NCBI GenBank assembly: GCA_965248265.1
Contig: CBDFJF010000001.1
Location: 832,001 to 896,000 of the forward strand
Reading direction: 5' to 3'
DNA length: 64,000 nucleotides
Source of the DNA: Candidatus Latescibacterota bacterium
Lineage (GTDB): Bacteria > Latescibacterota > UBA2968 > UBA8231
Shown one piece after another: positions 42,670 through 53,179 of this stretch (position 1 is the first letter of the stretch; each line of letters opens with the position of its first letter). Under the pieces are notes generated by a model. It was not told the DNA's origin. It ran no database searches and saw only the letters and a program-made list of their open reading frames with translations. The position numbers and the translations under genes are program-made.

Positions 42670-42875
42670 AAAGGCTGTCCCACGCGATCGGCCTACTCGA
42701 TGAATGGCAGCAGGCCGGCGTGAAACCCATCTGCTACCAGTACCCCATGCTCGACCTCACGGACGAAGCAGGGATTGGGAAGGTGATGGCGGCGATGCTG
42801 GCGTGGATGGCGCAGCAGGAACGCGAGATGATCCGGCGGCGCATCAAAGCGGGCCTGGCGGCTAGTAGAGCGAAG
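42670..42875 (+). pseudogene. Serine recombinase (resolvase) remnant
   Basis: LDLTDEAGIGKVMAAMLAWMAQQEREMIRRRIKAGLAASRA = resolvase helix E; catalytic N-terminus absent. Confidence 0.75.
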
Positions 42876-43208
42876 CCGAATACGCGATCCTGCCCTCACT
42901 GCGACCCTCAGTCAGCGGGACGAGGACGGCGACTGCGATGAACACAAGCAGGTGATGTATCCGTTTCATCGGTCAAAACCTCTCCTCTACTGTCCATCTA
43001 GTGCAGAAACCGCGATCCTCCCGAAATCCTTAGCCAAGAGATTGCCGTCGGTTCGGCAGAAGACGCCTTTCGCCGGAAGGCGGGAATCGCAGTCCTGATC
43101 CGATGGTCCACTGACCAACAACCTGTTCCCACTCGTGAAGCTACAGTCATTACTCCTGCAACGAAGGGGCCGGCGTGTACGAATGTCAAATCAAACACGA
43201 GTCTTATC

Positions 43209-43238
43209 TTGACATTGCTTTCTTTTACGGATTATCCT
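43209..43238 (+). promoter_or_regulatory. Sigma70 promoter upstream of the ankyrin gene
   Basis: TTGACA-18 bp-TATCCT, about 140 nt before the ATG. Confidence 0.65.
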
Positions 43239-43243
43239 TGTGG

Positions 43244-43378
43244 TGTGCTTCGGGGCGCATCCTGTCCGCGGAAAGGGCCGAGCCCACCCGTTTTTGAGTG
43301 GTTGCCTGCCATACTATAGCGAAACTCTTTTCTCGCCCGAAGATGCGGACGCCGGGCAGCCTTCGAAAGGAGTTCGCC
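43244..43378 (+). ncRNA. Candidate structured 5' leader RNA
   Basis: CGCATC(43256)/GATGCG(43342), GGGC/GCCT, CCAC/GTGG, GCCCG(43335)/CGGGC(43353), and a CCTT/AAGG hairpin over the RBS; not matched to a family I can name. Confidence 0.45.
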
Positions 43379-44581
43379 ATGTCTGCACGTCGTTCCCTGC
43401 CCCAGAGCCCCAACCTCGAACAGCTCAAGAAACAAGCCAAGGACGTGCTCCAGGCCTATCGCGCGGGTGATCCTGATGCGGTCGAGGAGTTCGGTGCTCA
43501 TCCTAGGTCCGTGACGGCGCCGGAAGCCAAACTCACGGATGCACAACTCGTGTTGTCTCGCAGCTACGAGTACGATAGCTGGCCCGAGTTACGGCGGGAA
43601 GTTGCGCGACGCCAGTTGCGGGCTGCTTTGTGGGAGAAGGACTCCCAGACTGTACGTGACGTGCTCGCCGAGGAGCCTTCGGTAGCTCGGGATCGCTTCC
43701 CTCACCCCATGTGGGGTGGCCAACCGAGCTCGCTGCAACTGGCAGCCGAGCGGGGTGACACAGAAATAATCCGGATGCTTCTGGATGGCGGTGCCGACCC
43801 AGGGGACGTTGGCGAGTACGGCTGGACCGCTCTTCAACTGGCCGCCCACTGGGGTCACGATGAAGTGGCTGCCCTCTTGCGTGAGCGCGGTACCGAGGTC
43901 GACATATTCTCGGCCTGTCTGCTGGGTGATGCGGAGGCTGTCGCGTCCATTCTGCAGAACGACCCGGATGCTGCAACCCGTCTTGGCCTTGATGGCGCGC
44001 CTCCGTTGCACTTTGCGACTACTACCAGTGTAGCAAAGCTCCTGCTCAATCACGACGCCGCCTTGACGTCGCGAGACAGCTACGGCAACACCCCCTTGGG
44101 GTCAGCAATTGCGCGCCAAGGGAAACGCTGTCGTCCGCTCGCGGAGTTCCTGTTAGGGCAAGACCCAGAGGCGGATGCCTGCCAGCTTGCGGCACTGGGT
44201 TGCCACGACGAACTGCGCCATATGATCGAGAATGATCCGGATGTCGTCGACTACGTTGGCAAAATCGGTGTTCACGGTGTCGAGGGCACACCGCTCCACG
44301 CCGCGATGAGATACGGCGAAGTCGAAGTTGTGCGGATGCTCATATCCCACGGCGCCGATGTCAACCGCAAGGCGAGTGCAGGACAGACACCGCTCCACCT
44401 GTGTCGAAGAGCAGAAATCGCACAGCTTCTCGTGGAGGCCGCCACAGATCCCGCAGCGACAGATGATGAGCACGGCACGACGCCCTTGGCGTGGGCCAGA
44501 GTCGCAGTGGACATTGGCGGAGCATCTCCCGATACAGCGGATCTCATCGCCTATCTCGAGCAGGTTACCCCCAACGCTTGA
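43379..44581 (+). CDS. Ankyrin repeat protein with a short N-terminal helical domain
   Basis: SLPQSPNLEQLKKQAKDVL..LTDAQLVLSRSYEYDSWPEL domain, then ankyrin repeats (GWTALQLAA, GNTPL, GTPLHAA, GQTPLH); AAGGAG RBS. Confidence 0.9.
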   Translation: MSARRSLPQSPNLEQLKKQAKDVLQAYRAGDPDAVEEFGAHPRSVTAPEAKLTDAQLVLSRSYEYDSWPELRREVARRQLRAALWEKDSQTVRDVLAEEPSVARDRFPHPMWGGQPSSLQLAAERGDTEIIRMLLDGGADPGDVGEYGWTALQLAAHWGHDEVAALLRERGTEVDIFSACLLGDAEAVASILQNDPDAATRLGLDGAPPLHFATTTSVAKLLLNHDAALTSRDSYGNTPLGSAIARQGKRCRPLAEFLLGQDPEADACQLAALGCHDELRHMIENDPDVVDYVGKIGVHGVEGTPLHAAMRYGEVEVVRMLISHGADVNRKASAGQTPLHLCRRAEIAQLLVEAATDPAATDDEHGTTPLAWARVAVDIGGASPDTADLIAYLEQVTPNA

Positions 44582-44737
44582 GGATGCCCTGGGAGTTGGT
44601 TTTGTGCCGGCTCCCAGCTTGCCAATGCTGCTTGCCGGACTCGTGCGCGCAGACCAGCCGCTGGTTCACGCGTCCGTATTTCTACGGATATTGCAGTCGC
44701 CTCAAACCAACTATATTGCAGGCAAACTGCCCCGACA

Positions 44738-44916
44738 ATGCGCAGAGGATCAGCCGCGAACTCATAGAGAGAGCAGCACGGCTCTACAAGACCAACACCG
44801 AGGCCAGGCAAGCCTTGGGGATTCACCCCACTGCGTTTGGAAGGGCTTGCAGAAGCTATGGCATTGAGACGCCCGCTGCGAGGAGAAGCAGAGTGAGAAA
44901 GCGGGCATCACAGTAG
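44738..44916 (+). pseudogene. Small HTH-like protein, start out of frame
   Basis: ATG CGC AGA GGA, then shifted RISRELIERAARLYKTNTEARQALGIHPTAFGRACRSYGIETP. Confidence 0.45.
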
Positions 44917-44966
44917 CAGTGCGATGGTCGCTCGTCCTTGAGGGCCCGCCAACAGACTGAGGTAAT

Positions 44967-46088
44967 ATGGACCGGAGTTATACCGTCGGAATGATCGGTG
45001 TCGGGCGAATGGGTACGACCCACGCGCGGGCGTACGACCTCAACCCGTCGACCGACCTCGTGTCCGGTGCCGACACCGACCCCGAGCTTCTGGCGCTGTT
45101 CCAGGAGCGCTTCGGGGTCTCGGGGTACCCGACATGGGACGAAATGTTCGCCGACAAGCAGCTCGACATCGCCGCGCCCGTGCTGCCGGTGGGTGCCAAC
45201 GCCGACGCCGTCGTCGCCTCGGCCCGAGCCGGGGTAAAGGCGATCTTTTGTGAGAAGCCGCTGACCGCCAGTCTCTCCGATGCCGACAGGATGGTCGAAG
45301 AATGCGAGTCGCGCGGGATCGTCTTTGCGGCGGGCTTGGTTCCTCGGAACTACCCCGAGATGTGGCAGGCACGCGAGATGATTGAATCTGGCGAGCTCGG
45401 CGCGGTCCAGAGCATCAACATCTACGAGAGGCTTGGCCAAGGCGGGTGTCACGGGATCAACATGGCACGCCACTTCGCCGGCGACGCAGAAGCCGACTGG
45501 GTCCTCGGCTGGACCAGCGGCGATGCTCACGGCGACACCGAGGAGGAGTTCGGGGCAGTTGGCGGGTACGTCCGCTTCGGGAATGGCGTCGAGGTATTCA
45601 CGCACAACAAAGAGCAGAACCCTCTGTCCGGTGCATCCAAAGTCCAGGTCATCTGCGACAAGGCGGTACTGTACCGTGACGACACCGGGATGCACATGTT
45701 ACGCAAGTCGGAGGCGGGTGTCGTCGAGGAGGTAGACGGTGTCTTCCCCGTTCGAAGCAAGGAGCGTTACTACGACGACGACGGCTGGACGGAGGTCTCA
45801 TTCGGCATGCAGGCGAGCGTCCAGGCCGTCGTTGACTCTCTAAACACAGGCGAAAAACTCAGGGCGACGACGGGAAACGACCTGCGGAAGTCACTCGAAA
45901 TCGTCATCGCGATGCGCGAGTCGGCCCGCCGGAGGCACACTCCAGTCAAGCTGCCATTAGAAGACCGAAGCCTGACGATGCGGCCGATGCTGCGCCGCTG
46001 GACGTTCAAGGTCACGACGATGGGTCGCGAGGCCTACATGCAGGACATGGCAGCCCACTGCGGGACACCGGGCACGCGACGGCAATAG
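44967..46088 (+). CDS. Gfo/Idh/MocA oxidoreductase
   Basis: VGMIGVGRMG, IFCEKPL, IESGELG, GGCH; GAGG RBS. Confidence 0.9.
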   Translation: MDRSYTVGMIGVGRMGTTHARAYDLNPSTDLVSGADTDPELLALFQERFGVSGYPTWDEMFADKQLDIAAPVLPVGANADAVVASARAGVKAIFCEKPLTASLSDADRMVEECESRGIVFAAGLVPRNYPEMWQAREMIESGELGAVQSINIYERLGQGGCHGINMARHFAGDAEADWVLGWTSGDAHGDTEEEFGAVGGYVRFGNGVEVFTHNKEQNPLSGASKVQVICDKAVLYRDDTGMHMLRKSEAGVVEEVDGVFPVRSKERYYDDDGWTEVSFGMQASVQAVVDSLNTGEKLRATTGNDLRKSLEIVIAMRESARRRHTPVKLPLEDRSLTMRPMLRRWTFKVTTMGREAYMQDMAAHCGTPGTRRQ

Positions 46089-46289
46089 GTAGCCCACCGT
46101 GCCTTTCGCAAATCTCCAAGAAGGTGGACGCCCATAAGTCGCCATCGGCGTCTTACGATGCCGTGTAATGACCCTCAGATTGGAAGTCCGCAGGTCGGAC
46201 GGCTCAATCTTGTACCGATCCTCAACCGCACTCCTGCTCGGGCTCCCGGTACATTGTTACTGTTCACTCCGCTACTTGTACAAGTTGCT

Positions 46290-46540
46290 CCTGTACAGGC
46301 CGATGGCCATCGTCAGCGGCGCCTATTTCGTCATCGAGCTTATACCGCAGCCGTTCAAGGCCCTCGCCTATCTCAATCCGCTGGCTTACGCGATCGACTC
46401 ATTCCGGGGTGCGTTAACGGGCACGACTCTCTTGCTTGATTCACTCGAGGAACAGATGGCTCTGTTGGCTGCAATGATTCTCGTGATCGGTGCGCTTTCC
46501 TTTCTCATTTTTCGGAAGATGGTAAAACGACTCGCGACAG
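46290..46540 (+). pseudogene. ABC-2 permease C-terminal remnant
   Basis: VSGAYFVIELIPQPFKALAYLNPLAYAIDSFRGAL plus the final TM helix. Confidence 0.7.
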
Positions 46541-46794
46541 GGCCTGCTGCTCTGACTTTGCCGCCCGTCGCATTGATGGTGCGATTACCGCTTGCGGCGA
46601 AGAGCAGCTCGTCGGGATGGTGTCAGGTTTTTCATTGAACCCGGGCAGGCGATGTCGACGACCAGCAGCCAGAATCGTCCGGTTTTGAGCGCCGTACGTC
46701 CTGAGCAACGCCGCAGTCGAGCTGGGTCACCGCAGCGCCCACTCTTCGAGCCCTCATGCTTGCGGAGGAACGAACCGGATGGGCGAGGAAGCGG

Positions 46795-48387
46795 TCATGG
46801 TGCAGCGCCGGGACCGTCACCGGATGGAGAACCGGCGAACTCGAAGCCGTACAGCTCAGCGTCTCGCAGTGAGAACTCGAGGCGCGCCAATCTGCCCTCG
46901 AGCATGCCCAGGTTGCTCTTCCAGCGCACTTCGTGGGCGACTGAGTCCCCGACGACGGGAACGCAATCCCGTCCGAAGAAGCCGGGATACGGCAGGCCCG
47001 ACGGGTCCAGCACGCGCACACTGAGCTCGCTGTCGACTCTGGCGTTGACGGTCAGCGAATCCCCTTCGAGGCGTATCAGTCGGGTTCTCAGGAGCCCACC
47101 CTCGGGGCCGGCATCCCGGGACACGAAGCCGTCCCGCCGCAGTATGGCCAGACCGATGGCCCTTTTGCCTGTCCTGAATCCCTCATCGTTTCCATCGTAA
47201 TAGACATAGTCCTTGTCCCCGACGCTGATACTCTCCGCCACGCCTGCCTGGGCATGGTCCCATAAGCCGGGTGTACTGCTTCGGTTGAGAAAGATGCCAG
47301 GCTGACGGATCCAGTTTTCCCCGTCCCGACTGGTGCACAACTCCGTCCAGAGGATCCTCACCGGGTTGCCGGTGTTCGTGAGCCTGTTCAGACCGGCCGG
47401 CACTTCGTCGTTCAGCGGCAAATCCTCGCGGCGGATACCTGTGAATGCCAGGTACAGTCCTCCGCGTACGGTCGGTCTCATCAGACCGAACTGCTCCAGC
47501 TCCGGCGCCTCCGGATCGCTGGTGACGATGCGGCGGACGGGGCTCCAGTGAAGCAGATCCGGGCTGGAGGTCTGTCCCATGACGCCCCGAAATCCCTCCC
47601 ACTTGTCGGGAGGACCATCGCGATAACCGTCTTCGACCCCGGCCTCCCACCCGATCGTCAACAGGTAACGCAGGCGCAGAGGGTCCCAGAACCCGGCCAG
47701 GCGCCCGGATAAGCGGCCGCTCGTGGCGATATAGACGGGATTGATGGGGTGGTCTTCGAAATGCAGTCCGTCGGCGGAGTACCGCGCCAGGAACGTGCGC
47801 CGGCGCCAGGCCGTGGGCGTGGGACGATAACGGCGGCCGAGGTACACCATGATGTATCGCATCTGCGGCTCCCGCCAGTCCGGACCGTGATCGATGAGCA
47901 CGAGATTGTCAGCCCGATCGGCTACGGCATTGTTCTTTTTCGAGCCGTTGATCTCGATCAGTCCGAGTTCGGGCTCGCGCCAATCGATGCCGTCATCGGA
48001 CTCGGCGTACGCGACATAGTCCGTGTCGGCCGCTTTCTCGTCCGGACCCGCTTTCCGCGATCTGCCGCAGAACCACATGCGAAAGCGACGAAAGTCCGGA
48101 TCGTAGATCACCCTGAAGTGTGTCTTGGTCTGCTGATACCAGCCGTGGCCACTGATGACCGGTTCCGGCCGTTTTTCCGGCTGGTGCACGGTGCGGGTCA
48201 GGCCTTCGCTCCTCTCGATCAGGTAATCGTCGATGAAGAGCTGCGGGCCGGGGATGAGCTTGTACTGTTCGCAATCAGACCCTGCATCACGGCATTCCCA
48301 CACCCGTGATGCCCTTTCGAGAGCGGGGAGGGGAGCGTGTGTGCCCGTATCCGCCGCAGGTAACTCTTGGTCGTCGGATTCGGCCAT
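46795..48387 (-). CDS. Uncharacterised GH32/GH130-like five-bladed beta-propeller protein
   Basis: QLFIDDYLI, FRMWF, AYAESDDGIDWREPELGL, SRDGENW, IGLAILRRDGFVS, LTVNA..LEFSLRDAELYGF. Confidence 0.7.
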   Translation of the reverse strand: MAESDDQELPAADTGTHAPLPALERASRVWECRDAGSDCEQYKLIPGPQLFIDDYLIERSEGLTRTVHQPEKRPEPVISGHGWYQQTKTHFRVIYDPDFRRFRMWFCGRSRKAGPDEKAADTDYVAYAESDDGIDWREPELGLIEINGSKKNNAVADRADNLVLIDHGPDWREPQMRYIMVYLGRRYRPTPTAWRRRTFLARYSADGLHFEDHPINPVYIATSGRLSGRLAGFWDPLRLRYLLTIGWEAGVEDGYRDGPPDKWEGFRGVMGQTSSPDLLHWSPVRRIVTSDPEAPELEQFGLMRPTVRGGLYLAFTGIRREDLPLNDEVPAGLNRLTNTGNPVRILWTELCTSRDGENWIRQPGIFLNRSSTPGLWDHAQAGVAESISVGDKDYVYYDGNDEGFRTGKRAIGLAILRRDGFVSRDAGPEGGLLRTRLIRLEGDSLTVNARVDSELSVRVLDPSGLPYPGFFGRDCVPVVGDSVAHEVRWKSNLGMLEGRLARLEFSLRDAELYGFEFAGSPSGDGPGAAP

Positions 48388-48618
48388 AACATCAGAACCT
48401 CGTTCCACGCTTGTCGCACACGTCGCCACCCGACGCGGACATCGTGCGCTGAGAGCGCCTGCCGTGAAGGTTTCCCGCAACCGTAGAGCCGAGGGGGACG
48501 ACTGTCAACCATTGACGTCGACCGACACGCCTGATTCGGGGGCAGTGAAGGCGCGTGCCCGTACAGGGGGGGTGGTTTGCTCCGTTGGCAAAGGCGCCCC
48601 AGGAAAGGCCACAAACAG

Positions 48619-49015
48619 ATGACCAAGTACGCGCTCGTCGTGCTTCTGATTGAGCTGCTGCTGGCTCTGGCGAGCACCCTGTGGGCTCGTGCTGAATTCC
48701 ATCTGGGGTCGTCGGAACCGAACACTTGGAAACGCTTCGTCGTCTCCAAAACGGATATTGATCCAGGACGAGCAAGGCGGAGTCAGCCGGGTTAGCACGG
48801 CGAACTTGCCCGAGGAGATCGGGGGCGGGGTCTACACAGTCGTGGACTCGGACGGCAGCGTGCTCCGGGAAAGCCCGGTGGACACCCTCGAGGAGGTGGG
48901 GCGAGGCACCCATCTGCTCGAGTACAATTATCGCGGCCCCGACCGGCCGTCCATGGAGGGCGGCGCGCTCCAGGCAGTCCGCATCGATCCGACAGTGAAC
49001 CTGGCCCTGACGGGC
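48619..49015 (+). pseudogene. Secreted protein 5' remnant
   Basis: Signal peptide MTKYALVVLL.., frameshift near 48750, ..GALQAVRIDPTVNLAL, then lost. Confidence 0.45.
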
Positions 49016-49410
49016 GTCCGGTGCGGCGATTTGCGCCGGCGTTGTTGGCGAGTGGCCACCCCCCACCCTACCGATGGAAACGCCGGGATGACGCGGGCTT
49101 GCTGGCGCCGCCCGGTCTCTACCTGGTTCAGGTCGAGCTCGACAGCGATCAGCGACCGAAGACGGCGACCGGAGCCGTCTCTGTGGCCTACTAGCCAGTA
49201 TCCGGCCATCGCGTCTTGACCATCGGGAGGCCGAATCCGGTGGTCAGTAGATGGGCGGCAAGCATTGGCAACTCTCCTAGTATCGTCGTCGACGTGGTTC
49301 TCATCGCCGTTCCCTCCACTTATGTTCTGACTATAGGTTGCAAGGGCTCGACGAAACGCACGATGCGGCCGAGGATCAATGCCTGTTGAGCCAATATCGA
49401 AAGGTACCGG

Positions 49411-50931
49411 ATGAGAACGCCGATTCAGTACCAGCCGAAGCCGTACGTCCTTCATTCCAACGTCATGATGTTCCACGACTGGCGCTACATCCACGAGGGC
49501 AATCCGGAGTGGTTCGACGCTGATGGGGGCAAGATCGAACGCTACCCCGGCGCGTTGCCCGACCCCGTCGTATTTCGGGGCCGGGAGATGCCCCTCGGCA
49601 TCAAGCTGCGGGCGTTGCCGGGTGAGACCTCCGAACCGATCGTCGAAGTGGAAGAGCCCTGGGAGGAGTTCCTGCGTCATCCCACGCTGATCTGCGACGA
49701 CGGGCTCTATCGCCTCTGGTACAGCAACCGCGAGTACATGTGCTACGCCGAGTCGGAAGATGGCGCCACCTGGCGCAAGCCCAAGCTCGGCATACGGGCG
49801 TTCGATGGTAGCACGAACAACAACATCGTCATGGGGACCGGTATTGCGCCGGAACCCGACTACTTCAACCTCGGCAACGTGTTCATCGATCCGACCGCCC
49901 CACTAGAGGAGAGATACAAGGCGTTCTATACCCGGAAGATCAATCAAGACACCATGAAGGCGTTCGCGGAGAAGTACCCGGAGGACATCAGCCCCCACTA
50001 TCAGGAAGGCGCCGACGCGGACCTGGAGAGGTCCGTGATGGCCATCGGCGGCGCGACCTCAGCGGACGGCATCGATTGGAAGCCGTACCCGCTGCCTCTC
50101 GGCGTTCACCGTGCCGACACGCAGAACCTGGCGTACTACGACTTCATGCTGAAGAAATACGTCGCCTACTTCCGCACCCACGTTTTCCGCCGCCGTTCTA
50201 TCGGACGCGCACAGACCGAGGAGTTCGGCCACTTCCCGTTGCCCGACACTATCCTCTGGCCCGACCCGGGCATGGACCCCTCGGAGGTTCATTACGGCAT
50301 CGGTCGGAAGTCGTACCCGGGAGCTCCGGACTACCACATGATGTTCAACCAGCAGTGGCGGGTCACGGAGGACAGCTGGACGCACCGCGTCTCCGTCAGC
50401 CCTGACGGCCTTCTGTGGGGCTTCGTGCCGCAGGCCGGGGACGTGATACCGCGCGGCGAGGGTCGCGCCTGGAACGCTGGGGCAATCCAGATCGGCGCCG
50501 GAATGGAGGAGCTGCCGGGCAACCGTGTAGGCTTCCCCGTCGCCGCGTACGACGTGCCTCACAAGCATCCGCGGATAAAGACCCTCGGCAAGATCGCCAT
50601 GGTTGCGTGGCCGAAGGACCGGGTTATCGCTCTCGAGGCAGACCAACACGGTGAGTTCACGACCAAGAAAGTGCAGGTCGAAGGCAATACCATGCGCATC
50701 AATGTGCGCACCAAACACGTCGGCCGGGCAGCCGTAGAGGTTTTCGGAGACGGTGACGAACCCGTCCGGGGCCGGTCTTTCGAGGACTGCGACCTGATCA
50801 GCGGCGACTATATGGACAGAGTTGTCACCTGGCGGGGGAACCCCAACCTGGGCCGTAAACCCGGAGAAACGTCACTGCGGCTGCGGGTGAAGCTGTCTTT
50901 CGGACAGCTCTTCAGCCTGCGCTTCGAATGA
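49411..50931 (+). CDS. Uncharacterised GH32/GH130-like five-bladed beta-propeller protein
   Basis: YRLWY, CYAESEDGATWRKPKLG, VFIDPTAP..RYK, SADGIDW, DTQN; same family as 46795-48387. Confidence 0.72.
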   Translation: MRTPIQYQPKPYVLHSNVMMFHDWRYIHEGNPEWFDADGGKIERYPGALPDPVVFRGREMPLGIKLRALPGETSEPIVEVEEPWEEFLRHPTLICDDGLYRLWYSNREYMCYAESEDGATWRKPKLGIRAFDGSTNNNIVMGTGIAPEPDYFNLGNVFIDPTAPLEERYKAFYTRKINQDTMKAFAEKYPEDISPHYQEGADADLERSVMAIGGATSADGIDWKPYPLPLGVHRADTQNLAYYDFMLKKYVAYFRTHVFRRRSIGRAQTEEFGHFPLPDTILWPDPGMDPSEVHYGIGRKSYPGAPDYHMMFNQQWRVTEDSWTHRVSVSPDGLLWGFVPQAGDVIPRGEGRAWNAGAIQIGAGMEELPGNRVGFPVAAYDVPHKHPRIKTLGKIAMVAWPKDRVIALEADQHGEFTTKKVQVEGNTMRINVRTKHVGRAAVEVFGDGDEPVRGRSFEDCDLISGDYMDRVVTWRGNPNLGRKPGETSLRLRVKLSFGQLFSLRFE

Positions 50932-50986
50932 TTCTTCGAACCAGCGCGCTCGTCAAGGAAGAATCGGTTGTGGCAGGTATAGTGGG

Positions 50987-51823
50987 TCACAACCCCACCT
51001 TATTCGCGAGGCCGCGCAGGTGGTCGGCGGAGGCCTTGATACCCTCCCTGTAGTCGATGTCCGTGTACCTCCCGTTCTTGTAAAAAATGGACACACCGCC
51101 GTTGAAGTGGGCAGTCTGGAGCATACAGAAGAGCCGTTCGTAGTCGACCCAGTCCTCAGTGCCGCCCTCTATGTTGTAGATCTTCGCGGCGACGCAACTG
51201 GTGTGAGGCAACACTTCCTCCATGAACTCGTAAGCCAGCTCGTTGGGCTTAAAGGTGCCGCTGCTGGTGTTGAAGTTGGGCCACCATTGGCCCGTGTCCA
51301 TGATCACAGAGACGTTGTCGCGGCCGATTTCCCTGCACGCGCGAACGACGTCCTCGCCGCGAGGCCTCCCCGTTTTGTAGTTGTGGTTGCACAGGCCGAC
51401 CATGATCGCCTTCTCAGCTGCGTGATCGGCTATCTCCTGAAAGCTGCGTACCTGCGTCGCCCAGGTCTCCTCCGGCCGCGGGTCGTCTTCAGGGGGCGGG
51501 CCGACGACGATACGCAGCATCGGGGAGCCCAGCAGCACGGCCGTATCCACGTGCCTCTTGGCTTCGGCCACCAACCGGTCCACCCGCTCCGGCGGGCCCA
51601 TTAGCGATCCGGCCGTGGTGAGATGGCCGATGGCGAGACCACCTTCGACCGCCCGGTACTTCAGCTTGCTGATATACTCGTAGTCGCTGCGCCCGATGCC
51701 CTTCTTCATGTGGTAGTCCACGTGGTCCAATCTGATCTCGGCGGCCAGATCCGTCAGCTCAACGGCATCGATGAAGCCGCCCTTCCGGTCAGAAACCGCC
51801 GTCAGCAATCCGATCTTGATCAC
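50987..51823 (-). CDS. Sugar phosphate isomerase/epimerase (xylose isomerase-like TIM barrel)
   Basis: GTG start with GGAGGAG; AVLLGSPMLRI, GLCNH, MDTGQW, AKIY, VDYERL. Usual metal-binding Glu/His residues appear substituted. Confidence 0.75.
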   Translation of the reverse strand: MIKIGLLTAVSDRKGGFIDAVELTDLAAEIRLDHVDYHMKKGIGRSDYEYISKLKYRAVEGGLAIGHLTTAGSLMGPPERVDRLVAEAKRHVDTAVLLGSPMLRIVVGPPPEDDPRPEETWATQVRSFQEIADHAAEKAIMVGLCNHNYKTGRPRGEDVVRACREIGRDNVSVIMDTGQWWPNFNTSSGTFKPNELAYEFMEEVLPHTSCVAAKIYNIEGGTEDWVDYERLFCMLQTAHFNGGVSIFYKNGRYTDIDYREGIKASADHLRGLANKVGL

Positions 51824-52191
51824 GTGCGCTCCTCCCGTTGTGTCGTGGTGACTCACCTCGGCAACCGCCGAGTTTCCGCCCAGAACTTCACGAGCATGAC
51901 TCCCACATTGGCACTGCTGAGGAACGTCAGCGTTGACTCGCCGGCGCGCAACCGGGCAGGCCTTGTACTCGGCGTTGTCAGCAGAGGACACAACGTTACA
52001 ACCAATGCTACCCAAGGACCGGACATGGCCCCGCTTGCCACAGTTCCAACACGCACCCCAGATTGTCTCCTACGCATCAACATTTCACCGGAAACGTTAG
52101 CGGCAATGCCAGGGGTGATGAGGGTTGAATGAGATGGTTGAAAGTGCGATTGCGGTCAGACTGGCCGAAGAAAGAGACGTTGAGGCCTTAA

Positions 52192-53163
52192 ATGCCCATT
52201 GCGAGCGAACAAGTTGAGCGGATTCACGACGATGCCATCGTCGTCGTCGACCACGACCACCGTCCGATCGGGTCGGATCTACCGTTGATGGTAGCAGGCG
52301 GGGTAACCGCCAAGGTGTATCAGGTGACCTGTGACGTCAACGCGGTAGCAGGCTACGAGGCCTCGCGCGAGCACGGTGAGGGCTGGCTGCGGCTGGCGGC
52401 TGGCGGTATGGCCGACGCGCTCGAGCAGATCGAGCGTCACGCCGATATTTGTACGCTGGCGAAAACGACGGACGACGTGCGCCAGGCGAAGGCCCAAAAT
52501 CGAGTCGCTATCCTGCTCGGCGCTGAGGGAGCGCGGTGGCTCGAGTCCTCCCTAGAGCCGCTCCGCCTGTTCTACCGTCTCGGACTGCGCGAACTGCAGC
52601 TGACCTGGGCATTCCCGAATCCCCTCGTCCCAGATGGAAGTCTGAGCGAGTTCGGGCGCGAAGTGGTGGCCGAGTGCGGGCGTCTCGGCATCATCGTCGA
52701 CGTCACCCACATTCCCCGGCCGGCGTTCGCCCAGGTCATCGCCGAGGCGCAGAAACCTATCATCGTCTCCCACGGCGCCGCGAACGGAGTGACCACGGAT
52801 CTGGACGATCACCAGATACGGGATCTCGCCGCCACGGGCGGCCTGCTCGGCATCCACTTCTACATCACCTACCTGGGACCCGACCCGACACCGGATGACG
52901 TGGTTCGCCAGATAGACTACGTCGTTGAGTTGGTCGGCATCGAGCACGTTGCTCTCGGCGTCGATTTCTTCCCCACGGAAGGACCTTGGTACGATCTTCA
53001 GGTCGCACAGGGAGCCAGGAACCTGCAGTGGGCGGTGGACGACATGAGTCAGATGCCGGCCATCACCCGAGCTTTGCTCGAGCGCGGGTATTCGGAGGCC
53101 GACATACACCGCATACTGGGCGGCAACTTCCTCAGGGTGTGCGACACCACCTTCGTGGGCTGA
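52192..53163 (+). CDS. Membrane dipeptidase (peptidase M19)
   Basis: DHDH, LGAEG, LGLRELQLTW, IVDVTH, VSHG, HVALGVDF, ILGGNFLRV. Confidence 0.88.
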   Translation: MPIASEQVERIHDDAIVVVDHDHRPIGSDLPLMVAGGVTAKVYQVTCDVNAVAGYEASREHGEGWLRLAAGGMADALEQIERHADICTLAKTTDDVRQAKAQNRVAILLGAEGARWLESSLEPLRLFYRLGLRELQLTWAFPNPLVPDGSLSEFGREVVAECGRLGIIVDVTHIPRPAFAQVIAEAQKPIIVSHGAANGVTTDLDDHQIRDLAATGGLLGIHFYITYLGPDPTPDDVVRQIDYVVELVGIEHVALGVDFFPTEGPWYDLQVAQGARNLQWAVDDMSQMPAITRALLERGYSEADIHRILGGNFLRVCDTTFVG

Positions 53164-53179
53164 GAGCCGGGAGACAGGC

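Noticed and set aside
43320-43360. ZTP (pfl) riboswitch, suggested by the CGCCGGGCA ending
   Set aside because: The conserved 5' GACUGGCG-type element is absent.
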